50,409 nt of DNA. It comes from Elsinoe ampelina (Eukaryota). A program made the translations under genes and the position numbers. Shown here piece by piece: positions 11,601 through 22,708 of the stretch (position 1 is its first letter; each line of letters opens with the position of its first letter). The notes under the pieces are model-generated. The model made no database searches. It was not told where the DNA came from and saw only the letters and a list, made by a program, of their open reading frames with translations. The stretch lies in contig ML992502.1 in NCBI GenBank assembly GCA_010093995.1, positions 1,406,711 to 1,457,119 of the forward strand. The letters run 5' to 3'.

Positions 11601-12812
11601 ATGGCAAACGCCAACGTCCTCTCGGCTCACTCGCTAGCAAGTCTAATAGCTCAGTCACTACCTGCAGAAGCATCGCCACAGCTCAAGTCACCTTACGATG
11701 CAGTCGCAGTAGCTGTCCACGCTGCCATGATCGCTGTCGGCTTCCGCCTCATCGGACTCGGCGAAGACGACCGATTACCTCACTCCGACAAGCCAGTCCG
11801 CACACTACCGGACAACTGGAATCTCCAGTCGCCAGCCAGCTTCAGCTTCAAATATGCCCACACGCAGTCGTCGATGCAGTTCTTGGTCAAGGTGAACAGA
11901 ATGGGAACAAAAGCTGTGGTCATGGGCATGGGTATAGGCGACGACAAGACAACCACATTTGATGTCAAGATTGACGAGTACATCTCTCCCTCGTCTGTGC
12001 CGGCATCCCCGACCAAAGATGACACAACGCCCACGCCGAGCGAGACACCATCAAATCCTTCCTCGCCAGTACCCACACGCTCTCCTACAGACCTTCCCGA
12101 AACACCAAAGCATATTCGCCAGAAGGTCATTGACATCTTCATCTCAAACGGACGCCTCTCAGACTTTGGAGCTCTGGCACGCCTACATCTCATACAGAAG
12201 CTCCTCCCTTCACTACACAAGCAGGGCTACGAAGAGACGAGAGCCGCTACTAGTGCCGAATCGACTTCTACGGGTAACCGCCCACAGCGGCCAGACGCCA
12301 ACGAACCCTCACAGCCAGCCCGACCAAATCCTCTCCATGACCCGCTTGCCATGCCTCCTCGCCGTCCAGGTGTAGCACCTGGAGAATTCGCTCCGCCAGG
12401 CTTCGAAGACGAATACGACATGACCCGGCCTCCGCGACCATTTGCGCCAGGCATGGGCGGGGGAAACATGGGCATCGGACACCGTGATCTCTATCCACAG
12501 GGCCTCGGCCCAAATGATCCATTCAGAAACATCGGCCCTGGACTCGGTGGACCAGGAGGCGGCATGGGAGGCGGCATGCACCCGGACTTTAACGACCCAA
12601 TGTTCACCGGACAGGGACGTGGAAGAGGCGGGGATGATCCATTCGGATACGACAGCCAGGCGCCGCCGGGAGCGAGATACGATCCGGTCGGACCAGGAGG
12701 TGCGCCTCGAGGAAGCGGCGGAGGAGGAAGATTCCCCGGTGGAGGTGCTGGGGGCATGGGAGGCAGACCGCACAACCCCTTCGGAGGTTTTGGCGGTGGT
12801 GACTTCATCTAG
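11601..12812 (+). CDS. Proteasome regulator PI31 (PSMF1/Fub1-like), 403 aa
   Basis: FP domain (AVHAAMIAVGFRLIGLGE..F.YAHTQSSMQFLVKV), Pro/Gly-rich C-terminus with IGHRDLYP, GMHP, PPGARYDP and terminal DFI. Confidence 0.9.
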   Translation: MANANVLSAHSLASLIAQSLPAEASPQLKSPYDAVAVAVHAAMIAVGFRLIGLGEDDRLPHSDKPVRTLPDNWNLQSPASFSFKYAHTQSSMQFLVKVNRMGTKAVVMGMGIGDDKTTTFDVKIDEYISPSSVPASPTKDDTTPTPSETPSNPSSPVPTRSPTDLPETPKHIRQKVIDIFISNGRLSDFGALARLHLIQKLLPSLHKQGYEETRAATSAESTSTGNRPQRPDANEPSQPARPNPLHDPLAMPPRRPGVAPGEFAPPGFEDEYDMTRPPRPFAPGMGGGNMGIGHRDLYPQGLGPNDPFRNIGPGLGGPGGGMGGGMHPDFNDPMFTGQGRGRGGDDPFGYDSQAPPGARYDPVGPGGAPRGSGGGGRFPGGGAGGMGGRPHNPFGGFGGGDFI

Positions 12813-13173
12813 TCGAGCACAAACCTTCGGGACAGGAGTCGGATTGGCAGCATATCATGCTTGTACTGTAAATAGAATGAGTCACGAGATTACGAGTGTA
12901 GGAATATACGAGCAGCATGAACCCAACGATCCTCTCCTGCCATCCCATCTTTCCCATCCACACTGTGTCAACGACAATCCTTCACCTCCATCACGAGATA
13001 GTCTCCTCGACAACCTACCTTGCCCCTGTCTGATACACCCGTCCCCATCACCGTCTCTCCACCACGAACCAGCACCAACGACAACCCTCTGACCATTACA
13101 AGCCACGAAGCCCTCAAGAACCATGCATCAGCCCTCATCCGTGTGCAAATCTCCCCCACCAGGTCGTACAGTC

Positions 13174-13342
13174 GAACCTCACCTGTCCGCAAACAAACAC
13201 CCACCTGAACCCCATACTCCATACAAGCACGCGGGGTATCCTATGAGAGAGTGAACCTCACCTATCCGCAAACAACCACCTACCTGGCCCTCATCTTTTC
13301 CAACAAGCTCCACTCCATACAAGCACGCGGGGTAGGTATCCT
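13174..13342. repeat. Imperfect tandem duplication (~70-90 bp unit, 2 copies)
   Basis: GAACCTCACCT(G/A)TCCGCAAACAA at 13174 and 13253; ACTCCATACAAGCACGCGGGGTA at 13216 and 13312. Confidence 0.8.
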
Positions 13343-14441
13343 TTGCAAGAGCGCCCCACCTCGCAGTAGCCCAGGACCTCCACGCCTTTCAAGGGACACG
13401 AGGTAGCTCTGCCGGAAACCTTCCAGGCATTCAGTGAGCGAGCGCGCGACTCACAATCACAGTGAAGGCCACTCTTGTCCGAGGAGACCTGGTTCACTGC
13501 TGTGTTGAGCGGGTCTTTCCTTCCTCGTTGTGGTCCATCCCCATGGGGCCCAGGCACGGTTTAGTCTTGCCCGTCTGCCTGCGAAGATAGCGAGAGCAGG
13601 CAGTGGAGAAGTGCGGATAGTTGCACAGCGACTGTGTAGCGGCGGCGCTGGTAGGTCTGGCGGAGGGTGGGGTGTTTTGGGAGGGGTATAGGGGGCATGG
13701 TGACGAGGCTCGCGTGTAGAAGGTCGGGGATGTACCTTGTTGCCCGGGGAAGGTTGTGCTGCTTCGTGGGTAGGACGTGTACATGCTGAACTCGAGGTCG
13801 AGGTTGGGGTAGAGTTGGGGACGGTCTCGGCAATACACTGTGGAGCGTGGAGGTATGCTGAGGTAGCAGCTACGCGCTGAAATGATACAGAGAGTGTAGG
13901 GAGAAGAGAACTTGGCGGGAAGCATGCAGACGCTGAGTAGCGCATGCGCTGATGCCGCGACTCACCCACTTCGTCATGATGCAATCCCAATTACCATCCA
14001 GATCGGTGAGATATCCTCAAGAAAGTAGTAATATAGTTCACCTGTGTTCATCAGAATCAGGCAAACACGACTATCTCGCCGAGCTGCTCACCGGTCCAAT
14101 CCTGTGTTTGTTACTCACAACACACTATAGCATGCCTCTTCCTCCGGTGAAGCCCACCATAGCGCCTTGGTACTCCCACACCCAACACCCCTTCAAAACG
14201 GATAGAAAATATCCACTCACTGCATTTACGTTTCTGCTCGAAGCGAAGTGAGCAGAACCCAACGTCCCCAGGCCCCAGCACGATAGCCGACCAACGTCAA
14301 GCTACAGTCCACGCACAACGCTGCATCCTCGGCGTTGAACCATCTCTGGTACCGCTCCCATGACCATTGTCCAAAAACAGCAATCCGATTCACCACTCCT
14401 CGACATCTGCTGGCTCACAACCTCCCAGAGCGGAGAAGCAT

Positions 14442-14442
<1 letters not shown>

Positions 14443-14494
<52 letters not shown>
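14443..14494. repeat. Poly(C)/poly(G) homopolymer, 52 nt
   Basis: Uninterrupted C run seen directly; exact length may be unreliable in the assembly. Confidence 0.95.
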
Positions 14495-14496
<2 letters not shown>

Positions 14497-16455
14497 CTCC
14501 TTTACTCCACGTCATGCATCGGCTCTTCCCTGTCATGTCTGGGTCGAGATGCAGAGTGACGCTGAAAGGGGGCCACGGACGATCGGGGCTGAATAGGACG
14601 TGGTCAGAGCTGTGCAGGCTCTACAGGAGCCATATTGACGTGCAGCTGAGGAAGAAGAAACATGGTTGATGCTTTTGGGCTGAGCTGGAGCTGAACTCTG
14701 TAGCATGAGAAGAGAGAGTACTGTAGCGCGCATGGGCCGGGCGAGCCCTCGAGGAGCGCAAGCGGGTTTTCGCTTGTGACAAAGTCCAAATGTGTGCGAG
14801 CTGGGGACGCTCGGAGACTTTTTTTTTCTACTGGACTATTACAGTGCAAGGAGTTCGAGAAATGGTGTGCACAGCATGGTGATTCTGTGGTTGCACCATG
14901 CCATTGATGACACGGAGACCGAGGCCGTGATCAGCTTCTGTCGTTAATGGTATTGATGCAGGAAGCATTGCCGGGTATAATGCGACCAAGGCACGGTGAC
15001 TCGCTCGCAACATCTGCGATCATACAGTGGCACAGCATGCCCTTTAAGCATACGAACCCAGCAGACCGGGCAGTGGTGGAAAATACGCCGCTTGCTCACC
15101 ACTGGGTACCTAGTGGCCGTTGCAACAAATTGCCTGCCCTACCTGCCATGATTCTTCGACAATGCTGTGCGTCAGATCTGCCGTGGGTCGATATTGACCT
15201 GATCTTTGATGAGAGTCATGGTCCTGCGACCACCGGTACGCAACCGAAGTCGATGTGAGTTCTGGTCCGACAGGCGCAGAGGGCAAGGGAATCATGGACG
15301 GTTCGGTTGCAGGCGGAGCGAGCGATCGGGCGCCGTCAATGAATCAGGGTCAGTGAGGGATGCTGGGCGTTGAAATGGTCGTGTCAAGATTGTTTGGTAT
15401 GGGAAATGCACTACGATGAGGCATTGACATGCGAACCAGGCATGGACACGAGCGAGGAGGCCTCGGGAATGCCTCATTACTCGGCATTGAGCTGGGTCAG
15501 GCTGACGGATGTGGTGTATGAGCTGTCATGAGTTGCATGCTCTGTCACTCTCCGGTCGTGTATTTTGGGTGGGCGCGTGATGGTCGTCCTCCATTCGCAG
15601 CATCTGTAGTGTTGTTTCCCACCACCCGCCGGAGAAGGCTTTTCAATTCTAGGAGTGCGTTTTCTCAACCATGGAAAGAGTGAACCCCTACTTTGCGCAA
15701 GCCGGAAAAGTATGGTAAGCTAGACGTGATGATATATGCATGTATAGCCTATTTTCTTGTCGCCGCAACTGCGGCGTTACAGAGACGTTTGTAGTTGGGT
15801 ACCACGACAAATGCATGAGATGAGCCACTGCAGGATGCTCGTCATGCCTGCTTTGAGCAGATGTGTCCGAGTCAGTTGCCCGCATGCCAATGGTGGTCAC
15901 GGGAGTGGCTTCAGCAAATCTTCGATGCAATGGAAAGCCGTCTGTCGGAGAAGGCGAGGCCAGACAGGGATATGCAGGTCTGGAGAACTGGTTGTGTCAT
16001 TTCCCTAGTGTCTCAGACTCCAAAGAATGCTGGGCTTGAAGCTGAGATAAATGATGCAGCATAGACCAATTGGACAATTCCATTGATGCGGGCTGACAGG
16101 CGGGCTGAAAGCTGATCAGCGACTGGTCTCTTACCGGGCCTTTTTGGGTTGATCTACGGTCTTCTTAGATCGAGAAAGACGACGGGCGAGATACGGCCGT
16201 CAGGAATACAGTGAGGCTGATGGTGGTCTGTGAGAAATGGGCGCTTCGCGCCGTGGCTAAAGGACCGTCAGGAACGGACCGGCTGCGCTGTCGTCTACAG
16301 TTCAACCGAGCCACCCCGGGCTTGGCGTGTTGTACTCCGCGTCGACCTCTCGTCATTAAATTTGGCTAGCCAGAAGTCCATAGAGAATACCGATAAATTG
16401 AAGCTGAAAAAAGGTGTAATAGTTGCTATACTACTCTAATTAGGTTATCACTGTT

Positions 16456-17463
16456 ATAGTTAATTATTAGATAGCTAAATTGAAACTAGTAGACGTGTAG
16501 TTCTTACTTACTAAAGAGTATACTAATTGTGCTATTTATGCTACTACTAAGGTAGCTAGAGCTATAATCCGCTAAATTCGACTATTCCTTAAGTTCTTTA
16601 GCACTTCTTATTCTTCTATTAAAGCTTATATACTATNNNNNNNNNNNNNNNNNNNNNNNNNNNNNNNNNNNNNNNNNNNNNNNNNNNNNNNNNNNNNNNN
16701 NNNNNNNNNNNNNNNNNNNNNNNNNNNNNNNNNNNNNNNNNNNNNNNNNNNNNNNNNNNNNNNNNNNNNNNNNNNNNNNNNNNNNNNNNNNNNNNNNNNN
16801 NNNNNNNNNNNNNNNNNNNNNNNNNNNNNNNNNNNNNNNNNNNNNNNNNNNNNNNNNNNNNNNNNNNNNNNNNNNNNNNNNNNNNNNNNNNNNNNNNNNN
16901 NNNNNNNNNNNNNNNNNNNNNNNNNNNNNNNNNNNNNNNNNNNNNNNNNNNNNNNNNNNNNNNNNNNNNNNNNNNNNNNNNNNNNNNNNNNNNNNNNNNN
17001 NNNNNNNNNNNNNNNNNNNNNNNNNNNNNNNNNNNNNNNNNNNNNNNNNNNNNNNNNNNNNTTACTAGCTATTACTATTAATAGCTATCTCTCTAGTACC
17101 TTAATCTACTATAGATTAATTACTAGTAAGATCTTTATTAGCTAGCTAATAGATATAATAATACTAGAGCTTCTAGCTAGTATAATCTTCGTTATAGATA
17201 ATACTTTAATTTACTAAAGCGATAAGGTAAAGAAGCTAGTATAAGAGCATAGAAGTTACCTTAAATACCTACTACTCTATTTGCTAGATTTTAATTCTAT
17301 TAAGTAATTCTTCTTAGTACTAAAGGCGTAGGTAAAGTAATACTATAATCTAGTCGCTAGGTACAAGGAATACGCTAATTTCTTAGAGCTAGCTATTTAC
17401 TTATATAGCGGACTATACGCTAAGGTGCACTTTAAGAGCTATAGATATAGCGTAAGGTTATAG
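16456..17463 (+). pseudogene. Fossil Tc1-like DDE transposase (~335 codons, interrupted by the assembly gap)
   Basis: Reversing RIP changes gives VMDNASIH (D codon 17197) and YLPPYSPDFNPIE (17266-17304), with exactly 34 residues between D and E, then FSVLKAWVKRH...HFKSCGY. The N-terminus gives an HTH-like IRRIRLSLEFFGTPYPP. Start position approximate. Confidence 0.88.
16637..17061. other. Assembly gap (425 N) inside the transposase
   Basis: Run of N, typical of a collapsed multicopy repeat. Confidence 1.
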
Positions 17464-17496
17464 GGGATCTATTTAGTACATAAGAAATTACTTATG

Positions 17497-19419
17497 TTAA
17501 ATAAGTTTAATACTAAGACCTAGTAAAAACTCTTTACTACTACTACAACTACTCTATACTATATATATACTACTCCGAGTTAGATAAACTAAGTCTAGTT
17601 TAGTAGCCGAACTAGATTAATATCTATCTTAGCTGCCGAGCTAGTTAAATTATCTATTACGCTACGTAAATTAGTATCTATATTAGCTACTATAAACTAG
17701 GTAAAAGTGTCTATTTCGACTACTAAGATAGTAAGGTATCTAACTTACTTAATTTGATCTAGCTTGTGTAACTATCTTAGAGTGATACTAGCGCTTAAAA
17801 GGGCTAATTTAGCTTTAAATCCGGTATAGAAGGCCTTTATTAAAGACCTAGGTATCTCTCTACCTATTTAAGCGTATATCTCTTACGCTGTCGAGGTTGT
17901 AATTCTCCTTCTTTAGCTTAAATTTAACCTAATCTAGCACCTAAATATCTCTTTTAAAGCTTCTTTTTCTCTTTATCTACTTAAAGAATTTAGTTAAAAC
18001 TTTATAAGAGTTAGTCTTAGAAGTAATAGGTAAGGATCTTAAGTCGTTTATAGGCCCTAAGCGCTACTATAGCTAGTAAGGAGTAATTAAGTTTATAATA
18101 TTAATATAGTTAATAGGTGTCAGAGGAAGTATAAAAGGCACTAAAGACACTAAAGGCGTTAGTGTTAATAGTATTAGTAAAGCGCTTTTAATACTCCTTA
18201 AGGCCTTTAAGCAATTAAGGCTTAATATAAGGCCTATAGAAGAATAATTAATAGTAGCTTTACTATTATAAATAGTAGTAGCCTAGGTATACTTATTCTC
18301 TATTACAATCTAGTAGTACTTACTAGTTAATATATACTAGTATAACCTCTTATAGTTATAGTAATTACAATTAGTACAAGTCTATACCAACTCTAATAGA
18401 GGCTCCTTATTACTATTTACACCCTCGAGTACACTATATAATTAGCTTATTACTAAGCCTTAACCTTATAATAGTAGCGCTAGCTATACTACCTACGAAG
18501 ATAGTAGTATTATACTAGCTACTAGAGTCTATACTATTCTTACTAGCGTCGATCTAAGGGAGGATTACTATAAAGGCAGTAGTAGTAGACCTATTAAAGA
18601 GCTTAGAACTAGTATAGTTAAAGGTAGTTATATAACTCTTAAATTTGCTATAGAGTTTATAGCTATTAGTACCTTCTTTATCTCGGTAGTAAGGCCGAGC
18701 CTAAGCTACTAGTAATCCTTAGTAAGCTAATCTTTAAGCTTATTAACTAGCCTCTATATCTTAGCTAGCTCTAATATTACTACTCTAAATAGCTACTATA
18801 TACTAAGACGCTTATAGGTAGTAGTATAATTAAGTAAAAGTAGCTCGAGTATAGCTTAAGTAATAAGACTACTCTTCTCTACTACCTAATTAGCTAGTAC
18901 TAACTACGATAGATTACTTAGCTAGCTAAATATATACTTGTTATAGTATAGAGTCTTACTTCCAAGCTTTACTACTAGCCTTACCTCTACTATCTAACTA
19001 AGATAAAGTATATATAAGTCGCTAGGATTAGTCTCTAGTAACTCTAGCACTTACGATAACTATAGTACCTCTATTACCTATATATCTAGCTCTTCCTTCG
19101 GTACTATATCTAACTTAATTAACTGCCTTAGCTAGTCTAGTACAGGTGTTAGAAACCTTAATTAAAGAGACAGCTACTAAGATCTAGCTTATAAAGGTAG
19201 TATAACTTAGTTTATAGCTTACTCTATAAGCCTCTAAAGAGCTAGGTTAGTAGATGTAACCTCTAGATAAGGTGCTACCTACGCTAGCGCTAGTGTATAG
19301 CTCTTTAGCTAGATAGTTAGACTACGACAAAGGTTATCTAGTACCTTCTCTAATAAGCTTAAGGAGTACCTTAAAGAAGAAGAGACTAGTAGTAATAATA
19401 GAGAAGTAAAGAATATTAT
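17497..19419 (-). pseudogene. Fossil second ORF of the transposon (~640 codons), unknown function
   Basis: One reading frame gives protein-like sequence throughout when TAA/TAG are read back to CAA/CAG/TGG. Contains a Cys/His cluster at ~18384-18241 and a helical LRSSPI..VLTEFFEW..YNLDSVR..GLLYRIQSQISPFKR region at ~18045-17790. Ends approximate. Confidence 0.65.
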
Positions 19420-21446
19420 AATTGTCTTCTATACTGCCCTTAAAGGTTTCTTTACATAGCTAGAGCAATAGTTAGTCATAGAAGAAGAACACTTACAAGC
19501 TATAATTTAGTAACGTTAGTGTATACTAACTAGTCTATTACACCTTTTTTTTAGCTTTAATTTTATTTAAATAGACAGCGTTGTTAAGCTATTCGACTCT
19601 ATATTCTCTCTAGACCTCCAGCCAGCCAATTTTGGTAAGCAGAAGTCGGTGAAGAGTACCGCCAAGCCCGGGGTGGCTCGGTTGAACTCAAAACGACTGT
19701 ACCGAGGACCGTGCGATAGCATCGTCAATTAGACGACTCCGCATGATGGATACGACTACGTCTGATCTCAACCATGCGCCGACGTTCAGCTTGCATGTCA
19801 ATCATCCCAGCGAAATTGAAGTTGATGGAGGGCTGAGCACAGCAAAAACAGTGACGATCTGTGTCATCTTCCGGTACTACCAGTGCGGGACCTGCCAACC
19901 GCCAAAAAGCATAGAGGTCGTCTCGATGATTGCCGCCGCGAATCAGGGGAGCGCTTGAGCAGACTACTGCGGCTAGCACGACGATCTGTAGCCTAGCTCC
20001 GCGTCTTGACCGGTTGCTCTCTTGGCTCGCATCGCTCCGTGTGGAGTGCGCTCGAGCAAAAAGGCATGTGAATTATCGAATGATCGATGTCATTCGTGAC
20101 GTTGTGGAACCCCCTCGACGTCGATGGTCCATGCAGCCTCGGTTTAGTGTCTTGTTCTGCGCGACCTGTTGGAGGACCGAGATTGATTTGAATTATTGGC
20201 CCTCTGTGCGTTTGGCAGACCAGACCCGCAAGCTAAGCAAGCCCGAAAAGAACGCCCAAGGTTTGCCTCGTTTCTGCATACGAGTGCCCCTCGAGAGAAC
20301 AGACGAAGCTTATTCTCCCTTCACCGGTTGCTGTGGGTCGTCACCCGGACAGGTCACAAGAAAAGAGGTTTGAACGAATACGCAAGCGGAGCGAAGCAAC
20401 CGAACGTGCCAATCTCAAAACTCAAAACGGGCAGGAAAGAGGGTAGGGGTAAGGGAGTGGAGAAGACAGAAGGCATACCTGCGAGCGTCATGCAGTAGCG
20501 CATGGTAGTGTACCGGAGTAGAAGTTGCGAGCTACAGCGCCTGTTCGCTGCCGTGACAGCAAAAGACGCAATCCGGATGCCCATGCCAGGACACTGATTC
20601 ATCGACGTCCCGAATTCAGAGCAAACACGGCAGAATTGATTAGGGTGCAATCTGCGCTGAAATGGGAAGGAGCTGTGCCTCCCGCGAGAGAGACCCAGTC
20701 ATGTAGCCGCGTCAAGCGCTTTCGCCCGGCGCTTAGCGGAGCTTTGCCCAACTTCACTCGTCGTCGCTATTCGTCCTTGAGCCAGCCACCACCGGTGTCG
20801 CCCAGCCCGTCAATGTCAAGGTGACTCGTGTCTTCTGCGATCGACTCACCCTTCCAAAAGTCACCGTGGGGCTCCAGGGTCTGTCGACATCTGTGGCTTT
20901 TTGTGATCGACTGACTGTTGACGCGGCACTTTCGGGGGGACGCATCGGCCGCTCTCTCGGTAGCTTGTCCGGCCTAGAAAATGACTAGCCGTGGACTATT
21001 ACTGATATACGCGTGCGATTGAGGGGAACTTGTAATCACGGTACTGTTTCTGTCGAGCCGGCGGATGCAAAATGATCGTGTCGCACTTGGCTGTTGCGCT
21101 GACGTTGAGCTGCATCTCAGCTTGTCGAGCGCACGTTCGCGTTGTTTCAAACAGTCTTCCCAGCTCAGAGAAAGTCAAGCCTGTACATGGCGTTCTCGAA
21201 GCGCCAATGCTTGCATCACATCTGCGGCATGCGCGAGTGAACCAGCCGTGTCACACACCATCTCAAGCCTCCCACGTACCGTCCCGAGGCCGTTGACGAA
21301 AGCCGGAAGTACAGAGTCGTGGTTCGTGTGAAATTACTATCGGACATGTTCAAATGCTACCACCCATCATGCAATGTCGCCGTCATTTTGTCCCTTATGC
21401 ATACTTTCATGTCCATGCCTCGTTCCCACGCCCGTGCATACCCTAT

Positions 21447-22708
21447 CTAATGCCACTCTGTCGGTACTTCTTTTTTGACGTAGACACCCGTGTCGGAATT
21501 GGATCTGTGCCTGCCCCTGCGCGAGCTCTGACCAGTCCGGCGTTGCTTGAGGTCGAGCCGTTTTGAGCAACCGTCTTCAATGTGTCTATACCAAGGTCAG
21601 ACAATCTCATGGCAACGTTTGTATGATACTCACCGTCTTGCAGTGTCCTTTCTCGTAAATCTGGATCCACATTGGGGACAGGGATATTTCCTGTCTCTAA
21701 TGTGTACCTGATACTCATTAGCAGAGTCACAGCACAGTCATGGTAAAGACTCACACTGTCAAAGTGTCTACTCAAATCCGCGCGCCTCTCAAATGCCTTG
21801 TCGCAGGCTGGATACTGACAGACCCACGCGCGTTCCCTCGTAGGGTCATGCGTCCTCATATGTGCCTTGAGATTGTAGCTGCGTTGGAAGAATTGTTTGC
21901 AGATGTGACACTGATGCACAGTTGTGTCCTGAGTAGCGTAGACCCTCTTCCTCCGATGCAATCCAACAGACGATTCGCCCTCACTGTCATGCCCCTCGGA
22001 ATCCTGGGACGACCTCGAATGTGAAGAGACGGAATGACGAGAGGGCACCTGCTCGAGAAAGGGACTGAGCCTTTCCTCTTTGACGGCAGGCGTCATTGGA
22101 TATTGATAAGCTTGTTGTGTTGGCAAAGTCGCGTTCGAGGGTACAATCGACTGCGTTCTGGACATGAACACTGACGAAGAGTCCGAGTCTTCTGCTTTGA
22201 TGTGTGGGGACGCTCCATAGTACGAGTCTGCAGGGTGAATGAATGGCGAAGAAGCAGCAGACACCTCCGAGGCAAAGTCCAAGTCCTGTACACTGGGAGA
22301 TGGTCGAAGGTTCATCCAGTTGTTACCGTCCTCAACCGTCTGGTTCTGCCTGAGGTAGCCACTATTGTCTGCCATGCTCGGCATAGTGACGAATTGACCT
22401 TGTGCTTGCCAGCTTGAGCCAGAGACATATGGTATACCTCCTGAGCCTGAGTACGCCTGTGACCGCTCATTCATGAACGGATGCGTGGAGGTATATGGGT
22501 TTAGAAGAGTAGCCATGTCTGTAGGACTGACTGGTGAGTTCAGCCCAAAGGATCCCGTCGAAGGTAGTTGATGTCCAGGGGCAGAGACACTCCTCACGGA
22601 AGAAGGTCGGAGAACCAATTGATGTGGGGCGGAAGTACTGGGTAATCGCTGTGGTTGTTGTCGTGAGAGATGTGAGCGCTGATTGTATGGTGTTTGTTCG
22701 TGACTCAT
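21447..22708 (-). CDS. C2H2 zinc-finger transcription factor (3 C-terminal fingers); exons 22708-21755, 21707-21634, 21585-21447
   Basis: CHICKQFFQRSYNLKAHMRTH and CQYPACDKAFERRADLSRHFDSVH. Removing introns 21754-21708 and 21633-21586 (both GTGAGT..CTAAT/CTGAC..YAG) restores a third finger, CPQCGSRFTRKDTARRHIEDGC. S/Q/P-rich N-terminus. Confidence 0.88.

Larger units (their letters stand above)
16298..19699 (+). mobile_element. RIP-inactivated Tc1/mariner (IS630-Tc1, DD34E) DNA transposon, ~3.4 kb, with a second internal ORF
   Basis: Perfect 29-bp inverted repeat AGTTCAACCGAGCCACCCCGGGCTTGGCG at 16299-16327 and 19660-19688. Weaker IR continues inward to ~16422 and ~19536 (AAGCT.AAAAAAGGTGTAATAG). 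TA-CAGT at 16296-16301 and ACTG-TA at 19696-19701. Interior is extremely TpA-rich and CpA/TpG-poor. Confidence 0.92.

Noticed and set aside
12968..13990. Several short minus-strand ORFs (80-177 aa) that might be a fragmented gene
   Set aside because: No recognisable motif or convincing splice model; not supportable as a CDS without expression data.
14335..14669. Poly-proline ORFs in all three + frames
   Set aside because: Artefact of the C52 homopolymer.
19725..21400. Assorted 60-150 aa ORFs right of the transposon
   Set aside because: No motifs, codon bias or splice structure; treated as intergenic.
21443..21754. C-terminus of the 427-aa ORF as listed in the track
   Set aside because: Reads through two introns; the spliced model restoring the third zinc finger is far more plausible.
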